A program made the position numbers and the translations under genes. A DNA stretch of 36,851 nt from Candidatus Omnitrophota bacterium (GTDB lineage Bacteria; Omnitrophota; Gorgyraeia; Gygaellales; Profunditerraquicolaceae). The stretch is taken from the NCBI GenBank assembly GCA_020058085.1, contig JAGVER010000015.1, forward strand, positions 1 through 36,851. The letters run 5' to 3'. Below the pieces are notes generated by a model. The model made no database searches, had not been told where the DNA came from, and saw only the letters and a program-made list of their open reading frames with translations. This document shows positions 1 through 10,793 of this stretch, in pieces. Each line of letters starts with the position of its first letter. Position 1 is the first letter of the stretch.

Positions 1-99
1 GGACCTTGCCTTTTAAGGCAAGGATGGATAATGGCCGCTCAAGTATCCAGCTTTTAGGGCTTCAAGAAACCGCGGGCTTTAGCCCGCGGAGCTTCATTT
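1..99. mobile_element. Non-autonomous two-hairpin mini-element resembling joined IS200/IS605 ends (PATE/MITE-like), truncated by the window edge
   Basis: Hairpins CCTTGCCTTTTAAGGCAAGG and CCGCGGGCTTTAGCCCGCGG ending GCTTCATTT; near-identical copy at 31504-31612. Confidence 0.7.
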
Positions 100-1193
100 T
101 CTTCTAGGAAAGACCTGACTACGCTAGAAACAAATTCCGCCTGTTTCTTTGTTAAATCAAAGAAAGATGGCAACCATAACCCGCGCGAGGATATATCCGA
201 AGAATTAGAAAATTTACTACCGCTAACCATGTAAGGTTTTTGTGTATGCAAAGGGTACCAAAAAGGACGACAACCGATATTAAATTTTGCCAAAACAGAT
301 TCTATTTTCTTTCTATTATAGACCAAAATATCCGTCCACTGCGCTACCTCGCCGTCTTCGTTTTCAAGAGAAGGTAAGACTACACCCGGAGAGTCCGATA
401 ACATTTCTTGATACCATTTATCTCTTTGCCTAGCTTGAAAAAGGCGGTTAGGAAGACTCTCTAATTGAGCAATGCCTATAGCAGCCTGAATGTTAGTTAA
501 TTTAAAATTATAACCCATAACTGGATGCAAATCATTTCCGCCGGTACCTTGAAAACGACGCCCCTGGTCTTTTAACTCAAGGAGCCGATTATGTAATTTA
601 CTATTATTAGTAGCAATCATCCCCCCTTGCCCCGTAGTCACTGTCTTATTGGCGGAAAAGGAGAAACACCCTGCATCTCCGAAAACACCTAGATAGCGGC
701 CCTTATATTTTGAACCTAATCCCTCCGTTGCGTCACAGATTATGGATAACCCTTTTCTTTTAGCCAACAGCTCTAACAATTCGTAATTAGCAGCTCTACC
801 ATTTACATCAACAGGTACAATAGCCTTAGTGCGGGGGCCGATATTTTTAGCCACCGCATTTATATCAATCGTAAACCTATGCGGCTCAATATCTACAAGT
901 TTTACTTTAGCTCCAGTTAAACGCACAGCATTAGCAGTAGCAATAAAAGTCAAATCAGGTACAATAACTTCATCACCAGCCCCAACACCCATTCCCATTA
1001 GCGCCAGAGCAATCGCGGCCGTACCACTAGTTACCCCAACGCAGTATTTTGCTCCGATAAATTCCGCGATTTTCTTTTCAAAAAGCCGTGTATAACTACC
1101 ATCGTTTAAATAATTACTCTCAATTACTTTAATTGCCAGCTCTTTTTCGCGTCTGCCGGTTTTAGGCAAAAACCAGGGGATATATTTTTTCAT
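54..1193 (-). CDS. DegT/DnrJ/EryC1/StrS PLP-dependent sugar aminotransferase (perosamine synthase-like)
   Basis: SGTAAI, TFIATANAV, FSFSANKTVTTGQGGM (PLP lysine) and GYNFKL motifs; last ~14 residues are encoded by the repeat element. Confidence 0.92.
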   Translation of the reverse strand: MKKYIPWFLPKTGRREKELAIKVIESNYLNDGSYTRLFEKKIAEFIGAKYCVGVTSGTAAIALALMGMGVGAGDEVIVPDLTFIATANAVRLTGAKVKLVDIEPHRFTIDINAVAKNIGPRTKAIVPVDVNGRAANYELLELLAKRKGLSIICDATEGLGSKYKGRYLGVFGDAGCFSFSANKTVTTGQGGMIATNNSKLHNRLLELKDQGRRFQGTGGNDLHPVMGYNFKLTNIQAAIGIAQLESLPNRLFQARQRDKWYQEMLSDSPGVVLPSLENEDGEVAQWTDILVYNRKKIESVLAKFNIGCRPFWYPLHTQKPYMVSGSKFSNSSDISSRGLWLPSFFDLTKKQAEFVSSVVRSFLEENEAPRAKARGFLKP

Positions 1194-1741
1194 AGTTTAT
1201 TTTCTAAGCACTTCTCAATAAGCTTAACCTGCCGTAAAACATTCTTGCGGTTACGCTTCTTAATAAATCTAAGCGGGATCCCCGCATATACCGACCATGG
1301 CTTAAACTTATAATTAGGAGTAACAAAACTTAAAGCTCCAATTACCACACCTTCTGGAATATCATTAGCCGGCATGATCACCGTATTTGCCCCTACAGCC
1401 GTAAAATTACCAATTCGAACATCACCGGTAATAAAATTATTCTTAACCTCACCGATTATTTCAAATACCTGCGGTGGGATTATGGTTACGATATCATTTG
1501 CAAAATCATCGCTAGCGCACCAGACTTTTACACCGGAGGAAAGACTACTGTAATCACCAAGTGTAAATTGCCATTCTTTACCACCTGCAATACTACAGCC
1601 AGAGGCAAGATGAGAACATTTCCCCACCCTAACTTTTGTTGAGAAATAGCTGAAGTCGTCGATCACTGAATACTCACCCACTATAAAATTGCCTGGGCAT
1701 CTAATTCTTATATTCTTTGATATAATAGGAGACATTTTCAT
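1190..1741 (-). CDS. Hexapeptide-repeat (left-handed beta-helix) acyltransferase
   Basis: Hexapeptide repeats VRIGNFTAVGANTVIM, VVIGALSFV and C-terminal VYAGIP. Confidence 0.85.
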   Translation of the reverse strand: MKMSPIISKNIRIRCPGNFIVGEYSVIDDFSYFSTKVRVGKCSHLASGCSIAGGKEWQFTLGDYSSLSSGVKVWCASDDFANDIVTIIPPQVFEIIGEVKNNFITGDVRIGNFTAVGANTVIMPANDIPEGVVIGALSFVTPNYKFKPWSVYAGIPLRFIKKRNRKNVLRQVKLIEKCLENKL

Positions 1742-1749
1742 CTTATCCT

Positions 1750-2955
1750 TTATTTTTTAACTATTCCCCAAAGATCAATTACCTTTTTTCCACGGGGAAT
1801 TTTCAAGACCTTATAGGCAGAATGAGGCACTCCGATTATGATAATATCACTGGATTTCAACAATTTCTCCTTGCTAACAAAGGTGCAATCTTTGGCAAAC
1901 TCATCGGAATAATAAACTTTTGCTCCATGAAATCTTAAGATTTTTCCCAGTTTGTAGGAGAGCGAATCTCTAATATCATCTATATCTGCCTTAAAAGTCA
2001 TCCCCAAAATACCTATTTTGGTTTTACTTAAATCGTGCTTCTGCCTTAATTTATTTACTAAGAAATTAGGCAACCCTTCATTGACCAACATAGCCGCATG
2101 CCCCAAAACAAAGTTATCACTACTAAACGCAACCAGCTGCATTGTATCCTTCAAAAGACAAGGCCCTGCGGCAAAACCAGCAGTAGGTAAAGTGGCTGTC
2201 CTTCCATAACCTTCTGTCATTGCCTGACGAACCTTATTGTAATCAACGCCAAAATCTCTGGCAATCATGTAAAACTGGTTGGTCACGGCAAACTGTATAT
2301 ACCTCCAAGAGTTGGAAAATAATTTAACCAACTCTGCTTCCTCTATCGAAGTCTTGATAATTTTAGGCGAGATAAGCCCAAACAACTTCGCAGCCTCATC
2401 TACCGCCTCAGCAGTCATACCGGAAACAATTTGAGGCAATTCCTCTAATTCTTTAACAGCATACCCCTGCACGATCCTCTCCGGACAATAAGCTATGCGC
2501 CAACTATTAGCGCTGCCGCCTAGTATTTTCAAGATCTGTTGGCAGGTATGGGGATATACGGTGCTGCGCACGATAATAACCTGATCTCTACGTAAATACT
2601 TCTTTAATTTTAGGAAAATTTCCAGAAAAACGCGGGTTTTAGGATTAAGATACTCATCGATAGGAGTACCTAAAGCAATAATTATGTATTTTCCTTTTGA
2701 GACACTCTTTAAATCAAGAGATACCGCAAGTTTTCCGTTTTTTAAAACATTTTTCAGAATGGGTTGGGCGCCATATTCAATGAAAGGCATAATACCTCTT
2801 TTAACCAATCCGGCTTTTACAGAATCGATGTCGGTTAAACATGTTTTTAACCCCTCTTTGGCAAATATTAGGCCCAACGGTAAACCCACATGCCCCAATC
2901 CGCCAATTACTACCACATCAAAAGGAAAACGAGATTTACTTTTCTTACTCATCAA
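1750..2955 (-). CDS. UDP-N-acetyl-D-mannosamine/nucleotide-sugar dehydrogenase (WecC-like)
   Basis: GLGHVGLP Rossmann motif, RSTVYP, YCPERI, AELVK, GPCLLKD, LGMTFKADIDDIRDS. Confidence 0.9.
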   Translation of the reverse strand: MMSKKSKSRFPFDVVVIGGLGHVGLPLGLIFAKEGLKTCLTDIDSVKAGLVKRGIMPFIEYGAQPILKNVLKNGKLAVSLDLKSVSKGKYIIIALGTPIDEYLNPKTRVFLEIFLKLKKYLRRDQVIIVRSTVYPHTCQQILKILGGSANSWRIAYCPERIVQGYAVKELEELPQIVSGMTAEAVDEAAKLFGLISPKIIKTSIEEAELVKLFSNSWRYIQFAVTNQFYMIARDFGVDYNKVRQAMTEGYGRTATLPTAGFAAGPCLLKDTMQLVAFSSDNFVLGHAAMLVNEGLPNFLVNKLRQKHDLSKTKIGILGMTFKADIDDIRDSLSYKLGKILRFHGAKVYYSDEFAKDCTFVSKEKLLKSSDIIIIGVPHSAYKVLKIPRGKKVIDLWGIVKK

Positions 2956-3159
2956 GAATTACCCTCCGGTCTAATGATTATTTCTCTTCATATCTATAAT
3001 AACTACTTATAACCATATTCGAACTGCTCTACAGTTATTTTTTTGCATCTTTCAATTGCTGCTAAAATCGATACAATGATCCTTAAGATAACCAAGCGGA
3101 AATTCCATATTTGAGGGAATATTATAACATTAAGGCGAGAGAAATAAAAGGTTTTTTAC

Positions 3160-3927
3160 TTAGAAAGGGATGGTAACGCCAGCTTCAATACCATGCTGAT
3201 CCTGACGTTTTTTTAGCCTTATAAAAGCTTTAACATCAAGGGTTTTCAAGAATTTATGCGTTATAGAAAGAGTCAACCCCAAAGGCTCTCCGAACTCGTT
3301 TTTAAGCGCAAATTGAACGTTATCACGGCCAAAGGTTACCTCTGCCACAAATTCTATTGCCTTTAGATTACCCTTGCCATAATCCATCTGAAAAGTTAGC
3401 CCCAAATTACGTCCAAACTTCCATTCGCCGTAGAGAATTAGCATCTGACCGGGTAAAGTCAAGCGACTTTGACGAATACCTATACCAATACGGTAACAGA
3501 TCTGGCCTTTCTTAGGATAAATTACTGGTGATTCAAGCTGAACTTTGAATTCAAAGCGCGAAGTTGAACTACCTTCGAGGAAATAGAGAATGCGATTAGC
3601 TGAAGACAACTTCCAGTAGCCCTTAAAGATTAGAGTATCGCGGCCGTCTTCAGAAATATACTCAATCCGCTGATTATTGTTTAGTTTCCAGCTACCCTTA
3701 AAAGTAAAAGTTTCCCTTGGGCCTTTGCGGCCGGTGGCTTCAAAACAAAGTTCGTTGTAATTATTGGCGCGCCAAGTGCCTTTAAGTTTAAGGATACGCA
3801 GACGTGAAAGAGGGGCTCTCCCCTCTGGGGAGAGCCCCTCTTCCGCTACTGTTTGGGTAGTTTCGACAACGATTGAATCAGATTCAGCTACAATAAAACG
3901 CCTACGGATATTATCGCTGCGCTTCAT
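3160..3927 (-). CDS. Hypothetical beta-rich protein with repeated GxW(K/R) motif and terminal Phe
   Basis: 255-aa ORF; LKGTWR, FKGSWK, FKGYWK, LYGEWK repeats; ends [10 protein letters not shown]. Confidence 0.7.
   Translation of the reverse strand: MKRSDNIRRRFIVAESDSIVVETTQTVAEEGLSPEGRAPLSRLRILKLKGTWRANNYNELCFEATGRKGPRETFTFKGSWKLNNNQRIEYISEDGRDTLIFKGYWKLSSANRILYFLEGSSTSRFEFKVQLESPVIYPKKGQICYRIGIGIRQSRLTLPGQMLILYGEWKFGRNLGLTFQMDYGKGNLKAIEFVAEVTFGRDNVQFALKNEFGEPLGLTLSITHKFLKTLDVKAFIRLKKRQDQHGIEAGVTIPF
3808..3842. repeat. Intragenic inverted repeat (16-bp arms, 3-nt loop)
   Basis: AAGAGGGGCTCTCCCC-TCT-GGGGAGAGCCCCTCTT. Confidence 0.85.
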
Positions 3928-4960
3928 AGATCTCTTTAACTGTCTCTTCTATGCCGTATTTGTAATCCCATGTAGGATAATGTGATTTAAATTTCGATAC
4001 GTCGCTAATCCACCAGATATGATCACCAATACGGTTTTTATCTATGTATTCGTAGTTTAGTTTCTTTCCAGTTAATTTCTGACAAAGGTCGATTGCCTCT
4101 AAGATAGAGATGTTCGCGAAGCGACCACCGCCGATGTTATAAACTTCTCCGGAACGCGGAGCCTGAAAAAAGTGATAAAACGCGTTCACTAAGTCATAGG
4201 AATGGATATTATCGCGCACCTGTTTGCCTTTATAACCATAGATCATATATTTGCGGCCGGTGATCGCGCATTTAACAAAATATGATAAAAACCCATGTAA
4301 TTCAGCACCTGAATGCGCAGGTCCGGTAAGGCAACCGCCACGAAAAATCGCGGTCTTAAGACTAAAGTAGCGACCGTATTCCTGTGTCATTATGTCGGCA
4401 GCGACCTTAGAAGCACCAAATACTGAATGTAGGCAACTATCTATACTCATAGACTCATCAATACCTTTGTAGTATTGGTGAGTCCCGGTAAGTTCATAGC
4501 GCTTTTCAAGTTCAATTAAAGGCAGAAAGTTTGGCCTCTCTCCATAAACTTTGTTCGTTGAAGTGAATATGAATACTGCTTGCGGGGAATATTTCCTGAA
4601 CGCTTCCAGCAAAACAAGCGTACCTTGCGCATTAACTCCAAAATCTATCATGGGATCTTTCGCTGCCCAATCATGAGATGGCTGGGCCGCGGCATGAACA
4701 ATTAAGACAATATCTGAAACGTATTTCTTAAATATCTTGTTAATTTGATTATCATTACGGATATCTACAGAGTAATGCTTGTAGTTTTTGTATTTCGCCT
4801 GCAACCGCTTCTGGTTCCAGAGAACAGAACCATCCTTGCCAAAAAAACTTTTACGCATATTATTGTCAATACCAACGATATCAAAACCTTTTCCAGCGAA
4901 GAAACTTACGGTTTCAGATCCGATTAATCCACAGGAACCGGTAACTAAGACGACTGACAT
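3911..4960 (-). CDS. CDP-paratose 2-epimerase-like NAD-dependent epimerase/dehydratase
   Basis: [35 protein letters not shown] motifs; start placed at MSVVLVTG (4960). Confidence 0.8.
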   Translation of the reverse strand: MSVVLVTGSCGLIGSETVSFFAGKGFDIVGIDNNMRKSFFGKDGSVLWNQKRLQAKYKNYKHYSVDIRNDNQINKIFKKYVSDIVLIVHAAAQPSHDWAAKDPMIDFGVNAQGTLVLLEAFRKYSPQAVFIFTSTNKVYGERPNFLPLIELEKRYELTGTHQYYKGIDESMSIDSCLHSVFGASKVAADIMTQEYGRYFSLKTAIFRGGCLTGPAHSGAELHGFLSYFVKCAITGRKYMIYGYKGKQVRDNIHSYDLVNAFYHFFQAPRSGEVYNIGGGRFANISILEAIDLCQKLTGKKLNYEYIDKNRIGDHIWWISDVSKFKSHYPTWDYKYGIEETVKEIYEAQR

Positions 4961-4962
4961 AT

Positions 4963-5976
4963 TTAAAAGCCCTCCATAAGCCAAGTTTTATTCTCTAAAT
5001 ACCAGTCTATGGTAAGCTTAATCCCCTCTTTAAAATCGACCTTCGGTTTCCAGCCAAGCTCTTTCTTAATTTTAGAGGAATTTAGCGAATACCTTATATC
5101 GTGTCCGGGCCGGTCTTTGACAAATTTGTAGCGGTTCTGGCTTACGCCTAAATTCCTCAAGATGAGTTTTACTGTGTCAATATTTTTACTCTCTATTCCG
5201 CTACCTAGATTATATAGCGCTCCTATCTTACCCTTTCGCATAATCTGCATAATCCCTTTAGCGCAATCATTAACATAAAGCCACTCGCGGACATTCTGGC
5301 CTCTAGCATAAACAGGGACCTTGCCACCCTTAAGCACGCTTTTTATTGCTAAAGGAATTAATTTTTCCGGGAATTGCCATGGGCCATAGTTATTACAGGG
5401 ACGGATAATTATCGCGGGGAAATTATAAGTCCTGACATAAGCCTGTACTAGAAGATCAGCTGCTGCCTTAGAGGCAGCGTAAGGGCTATTCGATTTAATT
5501 GACGAGCTTTCGCTGAATTTGCCGTTTGGAATCTCTCCGTAAACTTCATCAGTTGAGATAAAAATAAACTTCTTTATATTATACTTACGACAAGCATCAA
5601 GTAGCACCTGTGTGCCTCGAATATTGGTTTCAATGAACGGCGAAGCATCGTTAATACTACGGTCAACGTGCGATTCAGCAGCGAAGTGCACAACAATATC
5701 TGGCTTTTCTTTTTGAAAAATAGATTGAATGCCGGTTTTATCGCAGATATCTGTTCTATAGAATTTAAATTTACCTTTTACTTCTTCAAGGCGCTTGAGG
5801 TCGCCGGCATAGGTAAGTTTATCAATTATAACTAAGCCGTAGGGGAGGTTTAAACCTCCCCTACGGCAAGAATAGCTCCCCTTGGGAAAATAGAACCATC
5901 TCCATTCTTTTACAAAAGCGCTGCCGATAAAACCTGCACCACCAGTAACTAAGATTTTAGGTAATCTCTTACGCAT
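4963..5976 (-). CDS. rfbB: dTDP-glucose 4,6-dehydratase
   Basis: [61 protein letters not shown]. Confidence 0.95.
   Translation of the reverse strand: MRKRLPKILVTGGAGFIGSAFVKEWRWFYFPKGSYSCRRGGLNLPYGLVIIDKLTYAGDLKRLEEVKGKFKFYRTDICDKTGIQSIFQKEKPDIVVHFAAESHVDRSINDASPFIETNIRGTQVLLDACRKYNIKKFIFISTDEVYGEIPNGKFSESSSIKSNSPYAASKAAADLLVQAYVRTYNFPAIIIRPCNNYGPWQFPEKLIPLAIKSVLKGGKVPVYARGQNVREWLYVNDCAKGIMQIMRKGKIGALYNLGSGIESKNIDTVKLILRNLGVSQNRYKFVKDRPGHDIRYSLNSSKIKKELGWKPKVDFKEGIKLTIDWYLENKTWLMEGF
5836..5867. repeat. Perfect 32-bp GTAG-type REP-like palindrome inside rfbB
   Basis: GCCGTAGGGGAGGTTT/AAACCTCCCCTACGGC. Confidence 0.9.
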
Positions 5977-6782
5977 TCGTCTAAAACTGAATTGATATTC
6001 CTTACTTTGAAACCACTCTTTTCAAGTTTGGTTGTTGACAAAACCAGATTGGTCCTTACTAATCTTAATTTCTTTAACGCGATTACCTTAAACTTACAGA
6101 GAGGAATATGCTTTTGATATACCTGCATAAGCTTAGGGTAACGCAGGCCGCCTTTATTTACCAGATTATATATTCCTTTAGCGTCAATACTAAGTAAATG
6201 GTTAATTGCCCTGACAAAATCCGGAATATAGGTTACAGAATTAGGAATATCAATAACCTTATTATACTTTAGGAGCTTATCCAATAGATTCTTGGGGTGC
6301 TTTTCGTTAATAAGCGGAATCCTCATCCGGATAATTAAAATATTATAATCACGAGAAAATTTCGCAATTGCCCTCTCAGCGTAAATTTTACTGCGGCTAT
6401 AAAATAACTTGAAAAAATAATCCTCGCTCTCTTCTTCTATTGGCCTACTCTTCTTATAGTCAAAATTAAATATGCAACCGCTTGATATATGAACCAATTT
6501 TATATTATTACGCAGCGCAACTTCTAGAAGAATTACCGGAACAAAGCTATTCGCCAATAAAACTCCGTCTATATCTTGCTCGCAATCATCGACATTCCTC
6601 TTACCGGTCAAACCGATACAGTTAATTATTACTTGAGGTTTATGTCTTTTAACTACTTTTTCGGCGTCTTTATAAGATTTTATTAAGCAATCGGTTATCT
6701 GACAATTCAATGCTTTTTGCAAACGCTCACCGATAAAACCTTTGCCTAATATAAGTATTTTTTTATTCATTAGCGAGACCAT
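5949..6782 (-). CDS. NDP-4-keto-6-deoxyglucose 3,5-epimerase/4-reductase (NRS/ER, UER1-like; RmlD fold)
   Basis: [47 protein letters not shown] correspond to the plant NRS/ER motif series. Confidence 0.8.
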   Translation of the reverse strand: MVSLMNKKILILGKGFIGERLQKALNCQITDCLIKSYKDAEKVVKRHKPQVIINCIGLTGKRNVDDCEQDIDGVLLANSFVPVILLEVALRNNIKLVHISSGCIFNFDYKKSRPIEEESEDYFFKLFYSRSKIYAERAIAKFSRDYNILIIRMRIPLINEKHPKNLLDKLLKYNKVIDIPNSVTYIPDFVRAINHLLSIDAKGIYNLVNKGGLRYPKLMQVYQKHIPLCKFKVIALKKLRLVRTNLVLSTTKLEKSGFKVRNINSVLDECVRDYLKS

Positions 6783-7644
6783 TTAAATACTGGCCATAAC
6801 TCGTGGGAATACTACCAGCTAATTTTAGCAACTGTGCCTTTTTGATATAGCCCATACGATAGGCCACTTCTTCGGGACAACCAATCTTTAAACCCTGCCG
6901 CTCTTCTATTGTTTTTATAAAGACTGAGGCGTCTATAAGCGACTCGGGTGTGCCGGTATCAAGCCAAGCGTGCCCTCGCCCTAAAAACTGCACCTTAAGT
7001 TTTCCTTTTTTAATGTATTCATTATTGACACTGGTAATTTCCAGTTCGCCGCGGCTTGAAGGCTTAAGCCTTTTGGCAATTTTAACCACATTATTATCAT
7101 AAAAATAAAGCCCCGAAACCACCCAATTCGATTTTGGCTTCTTAGGCTTTTCAACGATAGAAACAACCCTACATTTCTTATCAAACCCAATCACTCCATA
7201 ACGCGCAGGGTCTTTAACCATATAACCGAAAACAACTGCACCGTTTTTTATTTTTGCCGAATTCTGGAGCAATTCACTAAGGTTAAAACCGTAAAATATG
7301 TTATCCCCTAAGATTAGGCAGACGCTATCTTTACCGATAAACTTTTCTCCGAGAATAAAGCTTTGGGCAATACCTTTTGGCTCATTCTGAACCAGATAGG
7401 ATATCTTAATTCCAAGGCTTGATCCATCGCCTAATAGATCCTTAAATCTGGGAGTATCTTTAAGAGTAGAGATGACCAATATCTCTTTAATTCCGGCAAG
7501 CATAAGCACAGATAAAGGATAATAAATCATTGGCTTATCATAAATCGGAAGCATCTGCTTACAAACACCCTTTGTAATAGGATATAGCCTTGTAGCCTTA
7601 CCACCGGCGAGGATTATCCCTTTCACCTTACCCCCTTTTCCCAT
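6763..7644 (-). CDS. rfbA: Glucose-1-phosphate thymidylyltransferase
   Basis: [58 protein letters not shown]; true start probably the GTG near 7626. Confidence 0.95.
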   Translation of the reverse strand: MGKGGKVKGIILAGGKATRLYPITKGVCKQMLPIYDKPMIYYPLSVLMLAGIKEILVISTLKDTPRFKDLLGDGSSLGIKISYLVQNEPKGIAQSFILGEKFIGKDSVCLILGDNIFYGFNLSELLQNSAKIKNGAVVFGYMVKDPARYGVIGFDKKCRVVSIVEKPKKPKSNWVVSGLYFYDNNVVKIAKRLKPSSRGELEITSVNNEYIKKGKLKVQFLGRGHAWLDTGTPESLIDASVFIKTIEERQGLKIGCPEEVAYRMGYIKKAQLLKLAGSIPTSYGQYLNGLANE

Positions 7645-7888
7645 ATTTAAAATACATGAATATGAGTATCACCAATGTTACTAAAGATACAAAGTTCGCG
7701 CATATTATTATCGGGTCTTTGCGGTAGAGACCGTAAATTACCCATAAGAAGACTCCTAAAGAAAGTTGAAAGAGAGTAAACGGACTGACGTCTTTGACAG
7801 ATTTTGTCCTTAAGGATTTGATTATCTGGGGAACAAAAGAAAGCATTGTGAGGGTTGCTGCTATTGAGCCGATTATTGTCCAAATCAT
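7628..7888 (-). CDS. SemiSWEET (PQ-loop) sugar transporter
   Basis: Three hydrophobic helices, FVPQ motif, DVS, LWVIYG, IICAN; start placed at MIWTIIG. Confidence 0.88.
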   Translation of the reverse strand: MIWTIIGSIAATLTMLSFVPQIIKSLRTKSVKDVSPFTLFQLSLGVFLWVIYGLYRKDPIIICANFVSLVTLVILIFMYFKYGKRG

Positions 7889-7892
7889 AGAT

Positions 7893-9065
7893 TTACCCGA
7901 TTTTAACACTCAAAAAACGGCGGGAGCCTGCTTTAAGTATTCCGTTTTCTTTAGGAATAAAACTTTCCTTATCGACTTTTGTATTATTAAAACTTACCCC
8001 ACCCTGTTTAATTAAACGACGGACTTCATTCCCGCTTGCAGCAAGCTTGCTTTCAGTAAGTATCACGACAATATTCTTTTGACCATCGCTCCTAAATTCC
8101 GGCATATCTGCAGGGATTTCCTTTTGAGAGAAGACACGCGTAAACTCCTCTGCTTCTTTTTCCGCGGACTGCACAGAGTGATATTGGCTGATAATGAGCT
8201 TAGCTAAATTAACCTTGGCATCCCGAGGATGAATCTCCTTTACCTTAGCTAGATCTTCGTCAGTAAGCAACTCATAATATTTAATCATCATCTCGTCGGA
8301 TATTGACATGAGCTTACCGAACATATCTTTTGCCGACTCATTTATGCCGATATAATTACTATAGGATTTGCTCATCTTCTGGATGCCATCAGTACCCTCC
8401 AGAAGAGGCATAGTTAAAACGACTTGCGGCGGCTGATTATAATCCTTTTGCAGATCACGGCCAACCAAAAGATTAAAAATCTGGTCGGTTCCACCCAACT
8501 CTATATCTGACTTAAGCATTACTGAATCATATCCCTGAAGCACCGGATAAATAAATTCAGATATATAAATTGGTTTTTTATTATTCCTTCTTTGGGTAAA
8601 ATCTTCCCGCTCAAGCATCCTGTTCGCGGTGTAATGTGTAAGCAACCCGCTAAATTCAAGACCTTTCATTTTTTCAAACCATTTACTATTAAAAACAATT
8701 TTGAGCTTTGAAATATCAAGTATTCTGGCTACCTGTTTTTTATAAGTCTGGGCGTTTTTGGCGACTTCTTCTTTAGAGAGCTGCTTTCTAATTTCGGATC
8801 TTCCGCTTGGATCACCTATCTGGCCGGTAAAATCACCGATAAGAAAATAAACCTCATGACCTAAATCCTGAAACTGACGCAATTTCCGTAAGAGCACAGT
8901 ATGGCCTAGGTGCAAATCAGGCGCAGTCGGATCAAAACCTGCCTTAATCTTCAAGGGTCTTCGAGTTTTAATGCTCTCCTCGAGCTTTTTGCGCAACTCA
9001 ACCTCGGAAATTATCTCTACCGCTCCGCGCTTGATAATCTCTAATTGCCTGTTAATATCATACAT
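7893..9065 (-). CDS. tyrS: Tyrosine--tRNA ligase
   Basis: [13 protein letters not shown] (HIGH), ELGGTDQ, KMSKS, C-terminal S4 domain. Confidence 0.97.
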   Translation of the reverse strand: MYDINRQLEIIKRGAVEIISEVELRKKLEESIKTRRPLKIKAGFDPTAPDLHLGHTVLLRKLRQFQDLGHEVYFLIGDFTGQIGDPSGRSEIRKQLSKEEVAKNAQTYKKQVARILDISKLKIVFNSKWFEKMKGLEFSGLLTHYTANRMLEREDFTQRRNNKKPIYISEFIYPVLQGYDSVMLKSDIELGGTDQIFNLLVGRDLQKDYNQPPQVVLTMPLLEGTDGIQKMSKSYSNYIGINESAKDMFGKLMSISDEMMIKYYELLTDEDLAKVKEIHPRDAKVNLAKLIISQYHSVQSAEKEAEEFTRVFSQKEIPADMPEFRSDGQKNIVVILTESKLAASGNEVRRLIKQGGVSFNNTKVDKESFIPKENGILKAGSRRFLSVKIG

Positions 9066-9103
9066 AGCAATCCCTTTTTTAGGCTAACCGCTACAAACCA
9101 CTT

Positions 9104-10645
9104 TTATAACCTCGCGGTGAGGCCAATTTTAGCCTGCTCAACATCCACTTTAATTATCTTTACCTGAAGCTTATCACCTGGTTTCAACGTTAAAATAGCA
9201 TCTTTATCTATCTCGCTGGAGTAAATTAAACCCTCGAGTCCTTCTTCCATCTTAACAAATACGCCAAAATCTGTAAGACTAACCACCTCTGCTTCCATAA
9301 CCATATCCAGAGGATATTTCTCGGCGATCTTAGACCATGGATTATCTAAAAGCTGCTTGAGGCCTAAGGCAATACGCCTATTTTGGGCGTCCACCGAAAG
9401 AACCACCACATCGATTTTCTGCCCTTTCTTTAGAATATCCTGGGGATGGCCTATCCTCTTGGTCCAAGACATATCCGAGACATGAATCATCCCTTCAAGG
9501 TTAGAATCCAGTTCAATAAAAGCGCCATAGTCTGTAAACCCGCGCACCTTGCCAGAGACTTTATTCCCCTGCTGGTATTTTGCCTCTGCCTCAAGCCAAG
9601 GGTTCTGTTCCAATTGTTTTAAGCTAAGCGATATCCTGCGCGAATCTTTATCAACGCTGATTATCTGGGTTTCGACCATATCTCCAACAGCAAACATCTC
9701 TCCGGGATTATTTATTCTCTTAGTCCATGAGATTTCAGAGACGTGAATCAAACCCTCAATCCCCTTCTCCAACTCCACAAATACCCCGTAAGGAAGGATG
9801 TTAACTACCTTACCTTTAATCTTAGCGCCAACTGTGAATTTATCCACAATGTCAGACCAAGGATCAGCCATCCTCTGTTTCAAACCCAAGGAAACTTTCC
9901 CTGAGTCTTTATCCATATTAAGGATCATCACATCGATCTTATCGCCCAAAGCAACAACTTCCGAAGGATGACTTATCTTTGACCAAGCCATATCCGTAAT
10001 ATGAAGTAAACCATCCACTCCGCCTAAATCAATAAAGGCGCCAAAATCAGTAATAGCCTTAACTGTTCCAGAAGCAATATTGCCGATTTTTAATTCCTGC
10101 CAAATCTTATCCTTGGCAAAATCCCTCTCCTTTTGCACTGCTTCGCGACGGCTTAGAATAATACTGCGCCTTAAGTTATTAATCTTAACGATCTTGAAAC
10201 CGTACGGTTTATAGAGAATATCTTTATCCGCCATATTTTTAAAAGCAGAAAGGGACAAAGGCAAGAAACCCTCAATTCCCATAACATCAACAAGGAATCC
10301 GCCTTTAACTTTCTTAATCGGCCTGCCTTCGACCATTGTTCCATCATGAGAAAATTTAACAATCTTATCCCATCCCTGAACACGTATAGCTTTCTCACGC
10401 GATAAGATTATATTACCGGCATCGTTTTCTATTGTTTCGATGAAGAGCTCAACCTCTCTACCTACCTCTAAGTCTTGTTTAGAAAACTCAGTAATTGCGA
10501 CAATCCCCTCGGATTTAAAACCTACATCCACTAATACTTCTTTTGTTTTGATAGCCACAATCTTTCCTGTAATTACCTGCCCCTCTTTGATAACCTTAAT
10601 ACTTTGATTGTATAATTCTTCCAATTCTGATTTTGCCTGTGACAT
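9104..10645 (-). CDS. rpsA: 30S ribosomal protein S1
   Basis: Multiple S1 repeats (DFGAFIDLGGVDGLLHITD, YGVFVELEKGIEGLIHVSE, YGAFIEL), VDVGFKSEG. Confidence 0.95.
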   Translation of the reverse strand: MSQAKSELEELYNQSIKVIKEGQVITGKIVAIKTKEVLVDVGFKSEGIVAITEFSKQDLEVGREVELFIETIENDAGNIILSREKAIRVQGWDKIVKFSHDGTMVEGRPIKKVKGGFLVDVMGIEGFLPLSLSAFKNMADKDILYKPYGFKIVKINNLRRSIILSRREAVQKERDFAKDKIWQELKIGNIASGTVKAITDFGAFIDLGGVDGLLHITDMAWSKISHPSEVVALGDKIDVMILNMDKDSGKVSLGLKQRMADPWSDIVDKFTVGAKIKGKVVNILPYGVFVELEKGIEGLIHVSEISWTKRINNPGEMFAVGDMVETQIISVDKDSRRISLSLKQLEQNPWLEAEAKYQQGNKVSGKVRGFTDYGAFIELDSNLEGMIHVSDMSWTKRIGHPQDILKKGQKIDVVVLSVDAQNRRIALGLKQLLDNPWSKIAEKYPLDMVMEAEVVSLTDFGVFVKMEEGLEGLIYSSEIDKDAILTLKPGDKLQVKIIKVDVEQAKIGLTARL

Positions 10646-10793
10646 TAAATTTTCTCCTTTTATTTTTATTATATTTTGTACTGCCTAGAATATTAATTAT
10701 TTTTTTCCGATAGTTCTTTTACGCTAGCCATTATCATTGTAGCAATTTCATGATAAGGCTTCCCCCTTTCTATATCTATTTAATCGCATAACC

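Noticed and set aside
2960-3155. Short ORFs between the wecC-like gene and the hypothetical gene
   Set aside because: About 30 codons or fewer with no clear RBS; more likely a promoter and leader region
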